Shown here one piece after another: positions 1-13,100 of a stretch of DNA of 64,000 nucleotides. Numbering within the stretch: position 1 is the stretch's first letter; every line of letters begins with the position of its first letter. The notes under the pieces were generated by a model that saw only the letters and a list, made by a program, of their open reading frames with translations, searched no databases and was not told the DNA's origin. Source of the DNA: Eledone cirrhosa (Eukaryota); NCBI GenBank assembly GCA_964016885.1, contig OZ024741.1:102114001-102178000 (forward strand), in the 5' to 3' direction. The position numbers were made by a program, and so were the translations under genes.

Positions 1-1133
1 TTGGAAGTCTACATTTGAAGTGAGTGCAAATAAAAATCCATGATTAGAGACCGTGGAGTTTTCAGAATTTATGGTTAAATGCTGAATATAAGAATGAATC
101 TACAACTAGTTTTTTTATTTAACAGGTATATAAAGTAGATAAAGCAGTTATGAAAATATCTCTAATTGAAAGTTAATGAGACATACATAATGAAGACTTA
201 GACATTGTACATTGGCTGACAATATAGCAATTAGCAAGTGATAGTGTTGATGTAGTAAAATATGAGTGAAACCGAGGTTCAATATTATCTTCTGAAGGCA
301 TTAGATAGCCCATTTCATGAATCGAGGAGGAGATATTTCGTAGATTCAGAAGTGATTGACTATATACACTCTGTTCTTTTAACCAAATTTTACTCTGAAT
401 TAATGTGTACTTAGAAATGTGGTGTACATATGATATCTGTTTCGGTTATATTACCAGTTTTTCACTAATAACACGGAGATAATACCGGTATTGGGAGGGG
501 GAGGCTATATTTTACAATAGATGTGGACCTATTACTAGTTTCGCGGACCCACATTTTACATGTGGCCTGGGTCTAATACCCCACTTGTGGGCCTACATTT
601 AAGAATTGATCTTGACTTACTACAAGTTTTAACGGGGTTCATTTCTTAGCTCATATAGGTGCTATTATTAGCTTTGTGGGTCTAAATTTCAGAACAAAAC
701 TAGAGCTAGTAGCCGTTTCATGAGACTTGATTTCAGAAATGGGCTGGCTCCTTTATCGGCGTAAGTGGGTCCACATTTCAAAAACTGACATTGGTATATT
801 ACCAATGGTAGGTACCTACTTACCTATTACACCCGACTTATTACCAACTTTGGTGTCTTAATTTAAATTGATCTGGTCCTATTTCCAGCTTTGGGAGAAT
901 CTATTTCAAATTTGGTCTAGTCCAAATACCAGCTTTGGGGACCTTAACATCAATGTAGGGGTCCCATATTTCACAACTATCCCTGGAGGAATGCCATCAC
1001 CAGTAGATTTACTTTGGGGTTGACGGTGTGCTAATTTTCACAATGAAGTCTTGGACATTGTACCTTAGCTGACATTATAGCAATTACCACGTGATAGTAT
1101 TGATGTAGTTAAATATAAGCAGCGCTTACAGTT

Positions 1134-1228
1134 GCCTCGGTAGCGCAGTAGGCAGCGCGTCAGTCTCATAATCAAAAGTAATTCTTGGAGGAATCTGAAG
1201 GTCGTGAGTTCGATCCTCACCTGGGGCA
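1134..1228 (+). tRNA. tRNA-Met-CAT: Elongator tRNA-Met(CAT) with 22-nt intron (1171-1192), intact
   Basis: GCCTCGG/CTGGGGC-A acceptor stem, A box TAGCGCAGTAGG, anticodon arm TCAGT-CTCATA^A-TCTGA, B box GTTCGATCC, downstream T-runs; 73 nt after intron removal. Confidence 0.93.
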
Positions 1229-2581
1229 CATTTATTTTGATTTTCATTATTTTTTTGTGGGGTTAAATATTATATCCTAAAGGCATTAGAAAGCCTTTTT
1301 CATGAATCGAAGAGGAGATATTTCGTAGATACAGAAGTGATTAACAATATACAAAAACATATACTAGTTTTGGGGGTCCACTTTTCACATTTGGCCTGTG
1401 TCTAAAACCATACTTGTCGGCCTATGTTTAAGAACTGATCTTGACACATTACCAGTTTTAGCGGAGTTCAATTCTAAACACTCATGGTTCCATTATTAGC
1501 TTTGGGTGTCTAAATCTCAGAACTAACCTGGAGCTATTAACCATTTCTGTGACTAGATTTCACAATTGGGCTGGCCCGTTTATCAGCGTAAGAAGGTCCA
1601 CATTTCAAAAATGACATTGGAATATTACGAATTTTAGGTTTCTAGCCCAACTAAACCGGAATTATTACCAACTTTGGTGTCTAAATTTCAATAGACCTGT
1701 AAATATTTCCAGCTTTGGGAGATTAGATTTCAAATTTTGTCTGGTTCAAACACCAGCTTTGGGGACCTACATTTAATATTCTATTTGGCCCTTAATATCA
1801 ATTCAGGGTGTCGATATTTCACAACTGTCCCTGGAGTAATGCCATCACTAGTAAATTTATTTTGGGGTTGACGGTGTGCTAATTTTCACATCTCACGAGT
1901 TTTGGTAGTCTACATTTGATAATAGATTCGGGCCTATTCCTAAGTTATGGAGGTTACGTTTTACATCTGACCTGGGACGATTATCAATTTCTGTAGCCTA
2001 CATTTTACACTTCACCTGGTTATATAAGCAGATTTCTTTACGGAATGGGTGTACACTTCACTTCTCATCTGGGCCTATATTCTGGTTTGCATGGGCTTAA
2101 TTATAAATACGGTGAAATAGCCTGATTCGTGCGTGTGTGTGTGGGGGGGTGGTGGCTCTACATATCAATATTTGTCTGGTCTTTAATACCAATTTAGGAG
2201 GCTAATGATTCAGGACTGTCCTTGGATAATTGACTTCACCACGAAATTTATTTAGGGGCTGTGGGTATGCTATATTTAATATCTCACGGGTTTTGGGAGT
2301 CTACATTTGAAGTGAGAGCAAATAAAAATCCATAATTATAGACCGTGGAACTTTTAGAATTTATGGTTATCACATTAGCACAAGAATGAAAGTACAACTA
2401 GTTTTTTACTTAACAGATAATTAAAGTATATAAGATATAATAGAGCAGCTATCGAAATAACTCTAATTAAACGTTAATGAGAGATACACATTGAAGTCTT
2501 GGACATTGTACATTGGCTGACGTTATAGCAATTAGCAAGTGGTAGTGTTGATGTAGTTAAGTATAAGAAGAACTGTTAGTT

Positions 2582-2676
2582 GCCTCGGTAGCGCAGTAGG
2601 CAGCGCGTCAGTCTCATAATCAGAAGTAATACTTGGAGGAATCTGAAGGTCGTGAGTTCGATCCTCACCTGGGGCA
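2582..2676 (+). tRNA. tRNA-Met-CAT: Elongator tRNA-Met(CAT) with 22-nt intron, intact
   Basis: Exons identical to the 1134 copy; intron ATCAGAAGTAATACTTGGAGGA. Confidence 0.93.
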
Positions 2677-3547
2677 CAATTATTTTGATCTTACTATTTT
2701 TTTGTGAGGTTCAATATTATCTTATAAAGGCATTAGAAAGCCATTTCATAAATCGAGAATGAGATATTTCGTAGATTCAGAAGTGATTGACTATATACAA
2801 TGTGTTCTTTTAACCAAATTCTACACTGAATTAATGTGTACTTAGAAATGTGGTGTACATATGATATCTGTTTTGGTTATATTACCAGTTTTTCACTAAT
2901 AACACGGAGATAATACCGGCATTGTGAGGGGGAAGCTATATTTTACAATAGACTTGGACCTATTACTAGTTTCGGGGACCCACATTGTACATGTGGGCCT
3001 ACATTTAAGAATTGATCTTGACTTATTACAAGCTTTAGCGGAGTTCATTTCTTAGCTCATATAGGTGCTATTATTAGCTTTGTCGGTCTAAATTTCAGAA
3101 CAAAACTAGAGCTAGTAGCCGTTTCATGAGACTTGATTTCAGAAATGGGCTGGCCCTTTTATCAGTGTAAGTGTGTCCACATTTTAAAAATTGACATTGG
3201 TATATTACCAATTGTAGCTACCTACATATCCAACTACACCCGTCTTATTACCCATTTTGGTGTCTAAATTTCAATTGATCTGGGAGAATCTATTTCAAAT
3301 TTGGTCTGGTCCAAACACCAGCATTTGGGGACCTACTGTTCACATTTGATCTGGCCCTTAATACCAATTTAGGGGTCCCATATTTCACAACTATCCCTGG
3401 AGGAATGCCATCACCAGTAGATTTACTTTGGGGTTGACGGTGTGCTAATTTTCACAATGAAGTCTTGGACATTGTACCTTAGCTGACATTATAGCAATTA
3501 CCACGTGATAGTATTGATGTAGTTAAATATAAATAAAGCTTGTAGTT

Positions 3548-3642
3548 GCCTCGGTAGCGCAGTAGGCAGCGCGTCAGCCTCATAATCAAAAGTAATAATT
3601 AGAGGAATCTGAAGGTCGTGAGTTCGATCCTCACCTGGGGCA
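3548..3642 (+). tRNA. tRNA-Met-CAT: tRNA-Met(CAT) with 22-nt intron, single T31C variant
   Basis: Exons match consensus except TCAGC at the base of the anticodon loop; intron ATCAAAAGTAATAATTAGAGGA. Confidence 0.85.
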
Positions 3643-6145
3643 TATTTATTTTGATTTTCATTATTTTTTTTGTGGGGTTCAATATTATCTTCTAAAGTCA
3701 TTAGAAAGCCTTTTTCATGAATCGAAGAGGAGATATGTCGTAGATACAGAAGTGATTAACAATATACAAAACCATATACTAGGTTTGGGTGTCCACTTTT
3801 CATATTTGGCCTGCGTCTGAAACCATACTTTTCGGCCTATGTTTAAGAACTGATTTTTACCCATTACCAGTTTTAGCGGAGTTTCATTTCTAAACACTCA
3901 TGGTTCCATTATTAGCTTTGGGTGTCTAAATCTAAGAACTAACCTGGAGCTATCAACCATTTCTGTCACTAGATTTCACAATTGGGCTGGCCCGTTTATC
4001 AGCGTAAGCAGGTCCACATTTCAAAAATGACATTGGAATATTACGAATTTTAGGTTTCTAGCCCAACTAAACCGGAATTATTACCAACTTTGGTGTCTAA
4101 ATTTCAATTGACCTGTAAACATTTCCATCTTTGGGAGATTAGATTTCAAATTTTGTCTGGTCCAAACACCAGCTTTGGGGACCTACATTTAATATTCTAT
4201 TTGGCCCTTAATATCAATTCAGGGTGCCGATATTTCACACCTGTCCCTGGAGGAATGCCATCACTAGTAAATTTATTTTGGGGTTGACGGTGTGCTAATT
4301 TTCACATCTCACGAGTTTTGGTAGTCTACATTTCAAAATAGATTCGGGCCTATTCCTAAGTTATGGAGGTTACGTGTTACATCTGACCTGGGACGATTAT
4401 CAATTTCTGTAGCCTACATTTTACACTTCACCTGGTCATATAAGCAGATTTCTTTACGGAGTGGGTGTACATTTCACTTCTCATCTGGGCCTATATTCTG
4501 GTTTGCATGGGCTTAATTATAAATACGGTGAAATAGCCTGATTCGTGTGTGTGTGTGTGGGGGGGGGGGTGTCATCTACATATCAATATTTGTCTGGTCT
4601 TTAATACCAATTTAGGAGTCTTATCAATCACGACTGCCCTTGGATAATTGCCTTTACCATGAAATTTATGTAGGGTCTTATGTGTCTGCTATATTTAAAA
4701 TCTTACGGGTTTTGGGAGTCTACATTTGAAGTGAGAGCAAATAAAAATCGATAATCAGAGACCGTGGAGTTTTCAGATTTTATGGTTAAATGCTCAACAT
4801 AAGAATGAAAGTACACCAGTCTTGTACTTCAGGTAATTAAAGTAGATTTGCCATCACCACCAAATTTATTACTGGGCTGGAAGTATGCTATATTTAATAT
4901 CTCACGGATTTTGGAAGTCTACATTTGAAGTGAGTGCAAATAAAAATCCATGATTAGAGACCGTGGAGTTTTCAGAATTTATGGTTAAATGCTGAATATA
5001 AGAATGAATCTACAACTAGTTTTTTTATTTAACAGGTATATAAAGTAGATAAAGCAGTTATGAAAATATCTCTAATTGAAAGTTAATGAGACATACATAA
5101 TGAAGACTTAGACATTGTACATTGGCTGACAATATAGCAATTAGCAAGTGATAGTGTTGATGTAGTAAAATATGAGTGAAACCGAGGTTCAATATTATCT
5201 TCTGAAGGCATTAGATAGCCCATTTCATGAATCGAGGAGGAGATATTTCGTAGATTCAGAAGTGATTGACTATATACACTCTGTTCTTTTAACCAAATTT
5301 TACTCTGAATTAATGTGTACTTAGAAATGTGGTGTACATATGATATCTGTTTCGGTTATATTACCAGTTTTTCACTAATAACACGGAGATAATACCGGTA
5401 TTGGGAGGGGGAGGCTATATTTTACAATAGATGTGGACCTATTACTAGTTTCGCGGACCCACATTTTACATGTGGCCTGGGTCTAATACCCCACTTGTGG
5501 GCCTACATTTAAGAATTGATCTTGACTTATTACAAGTTTTAACGGGGTTCATTTCTTAGCTCATATAGGTGCTATTATTAGCTTTGTGGGTCTAAATTTC
5601 AGAACAAAACTAGAGCTAGTAGCCGTTTCATGAGACTTGATTTCAGAAATGGGCTGGCTCCTTTATCGGCGTAAGTGGGTCCACATTTCAAAAACTGACA
5701 TTGGTATATTACCAATGGTAGGTACCTACTTACCTATTACACCCGACTTATTACCAACTTTGGTGTCTTAATTTAAATTGATCTGGTCCTATTTCCAGCT
5801 TTGGGAGAATCTATTTCAAATTTGGTCTAGTCCAAATACCAGCTTTGGGGACCTTAACATCAATGTAGGGGTCCCATATTTTACAACTATCCCTGGAGGA
5901 ATGCCATCACCAGTATATTTACTTTGGGGTTGACTGTGTGCTAATTTTCACAATGAAATCTTGGGCATTGTACATTAGCTGACATTATAGCAATTAGCAA
6001 GTGATAGTATTGATATAGTTAAATATAAATAGAACTGTCAGTTGGTCTGGTCAGTTGTAAAATGTAGGCCCCTTAAACTGGTTGCACTCTCAGGGTAATT
6101 GTGAAATACAGGCCTCAGAGCTGGTAATTGTCACATATATTTTAT

Positions 6146-6323
<178 letters not shown>

Positions 6324-6460
6324 CATATATAATACAATCATGTGCAATATGCACAATTAGAGATTATAATAACATTGAATCTAGCATAAATTATAATGAA
6401 GTTGGTAAAAACATATCTCTAATTAAAATAAAGTAGTTAAATAGAAAAAAATTGGCAGTT

Positions 6461-6555
6461 GCCTCGGTAGCGGAGTAGACAGCGCGTCAGTTTTATAATC
6501 AAAAGTAATACTTGGAGGAATCGGAAGATCGTGAGATCGATCCTCACTTGCGGCA
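6461..6555 (+). pseudogene. Degenerate tRNA-Met-derived copy, anticodon TAT
   Basis: Colinear 95-nt copy with A-box, B-box (GATCGATCC) and stem substitutions; loop TTTATA. Confidence 0.8.
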
Positions 6556-7277
6556 CAATGTTTTCAATTTCTTTTATTTTTTCGGTTGAATTATATTATC
6601 TACTCAAGGCATTTAAAGCTTAATTCATGAAGCGAGGAGTAGATTTTTTCCTAGATTCAGAAATGATCAGCCATGCATTATGTTTTCTATTAAAAAAAAT
6701 TTACCTCAGATTAATTGGAAGTTAGAAAACTGGAGTATATTTCAGATTATCCAAGTTTATGACCTTTATTTCACAACATACTATTGACCGCTTCGAGGGC
6801 CTATATTTCATAAATAAACTATACTTATTACCTGCTCTGAGGTCTACGTTCCACAACTAGCCAAGTATTATAACCAGCAGTAGGTGTCTACATTCCTGAG
6901 CTGACGTGGGTCTGTTACTAATCTGGGGTCATAAAAGCTCACAATTAATCTGTTCCTATTACCCGCTTTAGATACCTACATTTCATAACTAATCTGGGCT
7001 TATTAATATTTTGGAGTCTACATTTCACAACTAACCTCTAACTATTACCACCTTTGTAACTTGGATTTCACATCTCACCAAAGCAAATATAAAAATTTCG
7101 TTACAAAAGGCGCTGCATTTTACACCTCACCTGTTCTTATATCGTGGTCATGGTTTTAAGGGCGATGAAATAGTTCTAATTAAAATGACATTATATATAC
7201 ACAATGCAGTGTTAGACAACATAGCAATTAGAATATATTAGTGTTGATGTAATTAAATAAAAGAAGTACTTCCAGTT

Positions 7278-7372
7278 ACCTCGGTAGCGCAGTAGGCAGC
7301 GAGTCAGTCTCATAATCAAAAGTAATACTTGGAGGAATCTGAAGGGCGTGAGTACGATCCTCACCGGGGGGC
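7278..7372 (+). pseudogene. Degenerate tRNA-Met(CAT) copy with intron
   Basis: G1A, B box GTACGATCC, D-stem and 3' end changes. Confidence 0.8.
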
Positions 7373-9712
7373 CATTTATTCACATTTTTATTTTTTAGTT
7401 CAACAATATTATCCTTTGAAGGAATTAGAAAGTTTATTTCGTGAAGCGAGCAGTAGATATTTCGTAGATTCAGAAGTAATCGACCATATAATATATGTTA
7501 TTAATCAAAATGTACACTGTATTAACTGATAGTCAGAAAATAGGGTCTAATTTCGTATACCACTTTGAGGCCCTACATTTCACAACTGACGTGGGACTAT
7601 TAGTAGCATTGGTATCCACATCTCACTTCCCACCTGGGCGTATATCCTCGTTTGCACGGTCTTGATTGTAAGTTCGATGAAATCGCAGTGTCTGTCTATA
7701 CACTACGTTCAAAAATATTCTTCCCTGTATCATACTTTAAGTTAAAGATTCACGTATAGAAATAACTAAATGAAATAATTCCGATTGTAAGTTTATCTCC
7801 CTTGCATCAGAATGTAATCCTAAATGTTACAATAACTATGAATTAACAATTCCATATATAATATATAATTTTATGAAGTGAGTTGAAATAAAACTCTATA
7901 TTCTCAATTAGAGATCATCGGGAATGAAGCCTCCACGATCTCAATTATTTATTTTTATTTGTACTCTCTGACTTCATATAAACCTTAATTTCAATGTGGG
8001 AAACTTTAATACTTATTCCCCGCAAAAATGTTCATTTCACAACTGACGTGATCTTATCAGTAGCATTGGTATAAAGGACCAGGGCAATTGTGAAATGTAG
8101 GCACATAGAACTGGTAATAGTCCCAGGTTAGCTGTGAAATGTAAGACCCATACTAGTAATAGGACCATGTCACCTGTTTAATACAGACCTCTAAAGCCAG
8201 TAAAATAACGGGAAAATTGTATAGCACCTTCACCCCACCTCCAACCTAAGAATCTTTAAAAGGTCAGGTGAAATGTGAAATGTTGGCTCCAACAACTGGT
8301 TAGAATTCCATATCATTTGTGACTATAAAGCTGGTTATAAGACCTGGTCAGTTGGAAAATAAATAATAATATTATCTTTTCGAGGTTGCTTTATTATATC
8401 TTATCTACTTTAATTACCTTAAGCACAAAACTAGTTCTACTTTCATTCTTGTGTTAAGGAGATAACCATAAATTCCGAAGTATTCACGATCGCTAGTTAC
8501 GGATTTTTATTTGCACAAACTTACATCATATAAATCTTTTTTGCACGAGGGAAACTTTAATACATATTAATTATAACGTTAGTGGTTGCATTATTTTTCC
8601 AGGGAGATTATTTATATTGTATATGTGAATCTTTGAGCTAATATATGCTATCATAACAGAAATTAATTTAATACTACAAAATATTATGAACATAATGCTA
8701 TTTCACCACACAAACCAGGCTATACACCCAGATGAGATGTGAAATGTAGGACACATCTCCTAAAGATATCAGCTAAAATAACCAGGTGAGTTCTAAAATG
8801 TAGGCGAACAAAGCAAATAATTGGTACAGGTCATTTGTGAAATGTAGGATACTGAAATTGGTTATAGTGTCAAATTGGATGTTAAAAGTAACCCCTAAAA
8901 CTTAGGAATAGGACCATGTCGGTTATGAGATGTAGACTCCCAAATCACGTGAGGTATTAAATGTAACATACCCCCAGCCCCTAAATAAATCTGCTGGTGA
9001 TGTCAATTCTCTAAGGACAGTAAATGTGAACTGCAGACCCCAAAGAAGGTGTTTGGACCAGGCCAAATTTAAAATAGAATCTCCAGAAGCTGGTAACAGG
9101 ACCAGATCAATTGAAATTTAGACACCAAAGCTGGTAATAGGTCGAGTTTAGCAGGTAATAGGTACCTATAATTGGTAATATGTCAATGTCAATTTTTGAA
9201 ATGTGGTACCACTTAAGCTGACAAAATGTCCAGACCAATTGTGAAATCTAGTTTCATGAAACGGTTATTAGCTCCAGGTTAGTTCTGAAATTTAGGCCCA
9301 CGAAGCTAATAATAGGATCATGTGAATTGAGAAATGTACGCCATTAAAACTGATAATGGGACAAGATCAGTTCTTAAATGTAGGCCCACAAGTCTGGTAT
9401 TACCCAGGCCAAATGTGAAATATGTACCGCCTAATCTAGTAATAGGTCCACATCTATTGTGAAATATAGCCTCCCCTCCCAATGCCGGTATTATCTCCAT
9501 GTTATTAGTGAAAAACTGGTAATATAACCAAAACAAATATCATATGTACACCACATTTCTAAGTACACATTAATTCAGAGTAAAATATGGTTAACAGAAC
9601 ACATAATATATAGTCAACCACTTCTGAATTTACGAAATATCTCCTCCTCGATTCACGAAATAGACTTTCTAATGCCCTCAGATGATAATATTATTGACTA
9701 AAAAAATATATA

Positions 9713-9807
9713 TGCCCCAGGTGAGGATCGAACTCACGATCTTCAGAATTTTTCAAGTATTTCTTCTGATTACGAGACTGACGCGCTGCCTACTGCGCTA
9801 CCGAGGC
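9713..9807 (-). pseudogene. tRNA-Met body with anticodon CGT (probable pseudogene)
   Basis: Acceptor, D and T arms intact; loop CTCGTA; intron 3' end changed to …GAAAAA; A38T and a variable-loop G>A change. Confidence 0.7.
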
Positions 9808-10225
9808 AACTGGCAGTACCACTTATATCTAACTACATCAACACCATCATTTGCTAATTGCTATAGTGTCAGCCAATGTACAATGTCTAAGACTGCATTG
9901 TGTATCGCTCATTAACTTTCAATTAGAGATATTTTGATAGCTGCTTCATTATATCTTATCTATTTTAATTACCTGTTAAATAAAAAAAACTAGTTGTGGA
10001 TTCATTCTTGTGTTAAGGAGATAACCATAAATTCTGAAAAATCCACGGTCTAACTATAGATTTTTATTTGCACTCACTTCAAATATAGACTCTCCAAACC
10101 TGTGAGATGTGAAATGTAGCAGTCGTGAAATATAAGCCACCTAAATTGGTATTAACAGCCTGACCAAATGTGAACTGTAGGTCCCCCAAAGCTGGTTTTT
10201 GAACAAGGGGCACTAATTGTTTCAT

Positions 10226-10450
10226 TCTTCTTCTTCTTCTTCTTCTTCTTCTTCTTCTTCTTCTTCTTCTTCTTTCTGGAAATGTCGTGGGGGCAGAGTT
10301 CCTAAACAGTCCTTCCATCGGGTCCGATCGGAAGCAACCGTCTCCAACTAATCCAGTAGGATCCCCAGGCGAGACCAGCCAAGCTCATGAATGTTATCCA
10401 ATCAACTTGCTCGGGGTCTACTCCTTGATAGCCTGTCACTGAGATTCTTT
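10226..10450 (-). mobile_element. 3' fragment of an RTE-group LINE with (AAG)n tail
   Basis: Minus strand gives frameshifted SRPR…LDNIHELGWSRLGI…VASDRTRWKDCLGTLPPR, followed by an (AAG)n tail at 10226-10273. Confidence 0.7.
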
Positions 10451-10632
10451 ACGATTCTTTACTATTTCTGACTAACAGTTAATACAGTGTATACTTTGGC
10501 TAATAATACATATATTATATAGTCAATCATGTCAGAATCTACGAGATATCTAATCCGCGATTCATTAAGTAAGTTTCCCGATTTCTTCAGTGGGTAATAT
10601 TATTGAACTAAGAAAATAAAAATAATAAAATG

Positions 10633-10727
10633 TGCCCCAGGTGAGTATCGAACTTACGACCTTCAGATTCCTCCAAATATTATCAACGATTATGAGACTG
10701 ATTCGCTGCCTACTGCGTTACCGAGGT
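10633..10727 (-). pseudogene. Degenerate tRNA-Met(CAT) copy with intron
   Basis: Colinear copy with T-stem, D-stem and G1 substitutions. Confidence 0.8.
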
Positions 10728-10936
10728 AACTGGTGACATTTCATCTATTTAACTCCATCAACACTAACACTTGCTAATTGCTATATTGTCAAACTATGTA
10801 TTTGTTACATCTCACCTGTTCTTATATCGTGATGTACACTGTCATGATTGTAAGTGCGGTGAAATAGCAATATCTATAAATGTCGTTCAAAATATTTTGT
10901 TTCTAAATGACGTTGTGGTGTTTAGTTAATTCCCTT

Positions 10937-11125
10937 GCTGGATTGGCAGTATCGGTAGAAGGTCGGACGCCATGCTTTGACGCATAGAGTTAGGGCCCTT
11001 CCAATTCTGAGTTCAAATCCCGCCTAGGTTAACTTTGCCTTTCATCCTTACGGGGTCGATAAAATAAAGTACCAGTAATGTACTGTGATACTTGCTGGCC
11101 TTGTGCCAAAAAGTAGAAACAATTA
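10937..11125 (+). mobile_element. tRNA-derived SINE with Nin-like core
   Basis: GGCAGTATCGGTAGA…GAGTTCAAATCCCGCC…TTTGCCTTTCATCCTTACGGGGTCGATAAAATAAAGTACCAG…GGCCTTGTGCCAAAA; more than 10 copies or fragments in the window. Confidence 0.85.
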
Positions 11126-11834
11126 ATTATAATTACATGATTTACGAATCTAAGGTTGTCCCCCTTGTACTATAATAATTTCTAATTTAAGCACATAGCT
11201 AGTAATTTTATGGAGAGAGTAAAAATCAATTAAGTCGACCACAGTATCTTATTGATACTTCATTTTATCGACTAAATAACGATGAGATGCAAAGTTGACA
11301 TCGACGGGATTAGATCTCTCCCTAGCACAATAGAGGATTAGATATTTCGTAGATTCAGACATATATGTATTATTAACCAAAGTATACACTGTATTAACTG
11401 TTAATCAGAAACAGGGCCTAATTTCGTATTGTGCATGAGTCTATTCCAATTCAACTCTGGGTTTAACAATTCACAAATGAACTTCCGAATGTAAGTTTAT
11501 CTCCCTTGCACCATAATGTAACCACACATGTAGCAATAAATATGTATTAACAGTTCCATATAGAATATATAATTTTAGTAAGTGCTAATAAATCTATAAA
11601 CACAATTAGAGATCGCAGAGAATGCAGAATTTAAGGTTAGCTTCCCTTCACATGAAATTCAACCAGTTTCGTAATTAACAAAAAATTTAAGTAGATAACA
11701 GGTAATGAAGTAGTTAGGAAAAAGTTTATTAGAGATACACAATGAAGTGTTATTGTGTATTGTGTATTGGCTGATACCATAGCAATCAGCAAGTGACAGT
11801 GTCGATGTAGCTAAATAGTAGCAGAATTGTCGCT

Positions 11835-11912
11835 GCTTCGGTAGCGTAGTAGGCAGTTCGTCAGATCAAAATCTGAACCTGAATGTCGCGAGTTCGATAC
11901 TCACCTGGAGCA
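11835..11912 (+). pseudogene. tRNA-Met remnant lacking the anticodon loop and part of the intron
   Basis: GCTTCGGTAGCGTAGTAGGCAG…GAGTTCGATACTCACCTGGAGCA within the usual flanks. Confidence 0.75.
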
Positions 11913-13005
11913 GAATATTTTACATTTCATATTTTCTCATTTCCGTAATATTATCTTCTGAAAGGATTGGAAAACCTATTTCATGAAGCGAGGATAAAAT
12001 ATTTTTTAGATGCAGAAATGACTAAATATATATTATGTGTTCTGTTAACCAAAACGCAAACTAAATTAATAGGCAGATAGAAATGAAGTTTAATGGCCCT
12101 TTTATTACCTTAAGTGGGACCACATTTCAAAAACTACTTACCAACTAAAGCGGACCTATTACCAACTTTGGTGTCTAAATATCAAGTGACATGGGAGATT
12201 CGATTTCAAATTTGGCCTGGTCCAAACACCAGCTTTGGGGACCGAGATTTAATATTTTATTTGGCCCTTAATATCAGTTTAAGGTGCCGATATTTCACAA
12301 CTGTCCCTGGAGGAATGCCATCACCAGTAGATTTATGCTGCAAATTTATGTTTACGGTGTGCTAATTTTCACATCTCGCGAATTTTGGTAGTCTACATTT
12401 GATAATAGATTCGGGCCTATTCCTAAGTTATGGAGGTTACGTTTTACATCTGACCTGGGACGATTATCAATTTCTGTAGCCTACATTTTACACTTCACCT
12501 GGTCATATAAGCAGATTTCTTTACGGAGTGGGTGTACACTTCACTTCTCATCTAGGCCTATATTTTGCTTGGGCTTAATTATAAATGTGGTGAACTAGCC
12601 TGATTCGTGTAGGGTGGGGGTAGGGGCCTCGTCTACATACCAATTTAAGAGGCTTATATTTCACGACTGTCCTTGGAGAATTGCCTTCAGCACGAAATAT
12701 TTAATATCTCACGGGTTTTGGAAGTCTACATTTGAAGTGAGTGCAAATAAAAATCCATAATTAGAGACCGTGGAGTTTTCAGAATTTATGGTTATCTCCT
12801 TAGCACAAGAATGAAAGTACAAATAGTTTTTTTATTTAACAGGTAATTAAAGTAGATAAGATATAATGAAGCAGCTATCGAAATATCTCTAATTGAAAGT
12901 TAATGAGAGATACACAATGAAGTCTTAGACATTGTACATTGGCTGACACTAGCAATTAGCAAGTGATGGTGTTGATGTAGTTAAATATAAGTGGTACTGT
13001 CAGTT

Positions 13006-13100
13006 GCCTCGGTAGCGCAGTAGGCAGCGCGTCAGTCTCATAATCAAAAGTAATACCTGGAGGAATCTGAAGGTCGTGAGTTCAATCCTCACCTGGGGCA
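13006..13100 (+). tRNA. tRNA-Met-CAT: Elongator tRNA-Met(CAT) with 22-nt intron, intact
   Basis: Consensus exons with B box GTTCAATCC; intron ATCAAAAGTAATACCTGGAGGA; TTTTT terminator follows. Confidence 0.9.
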
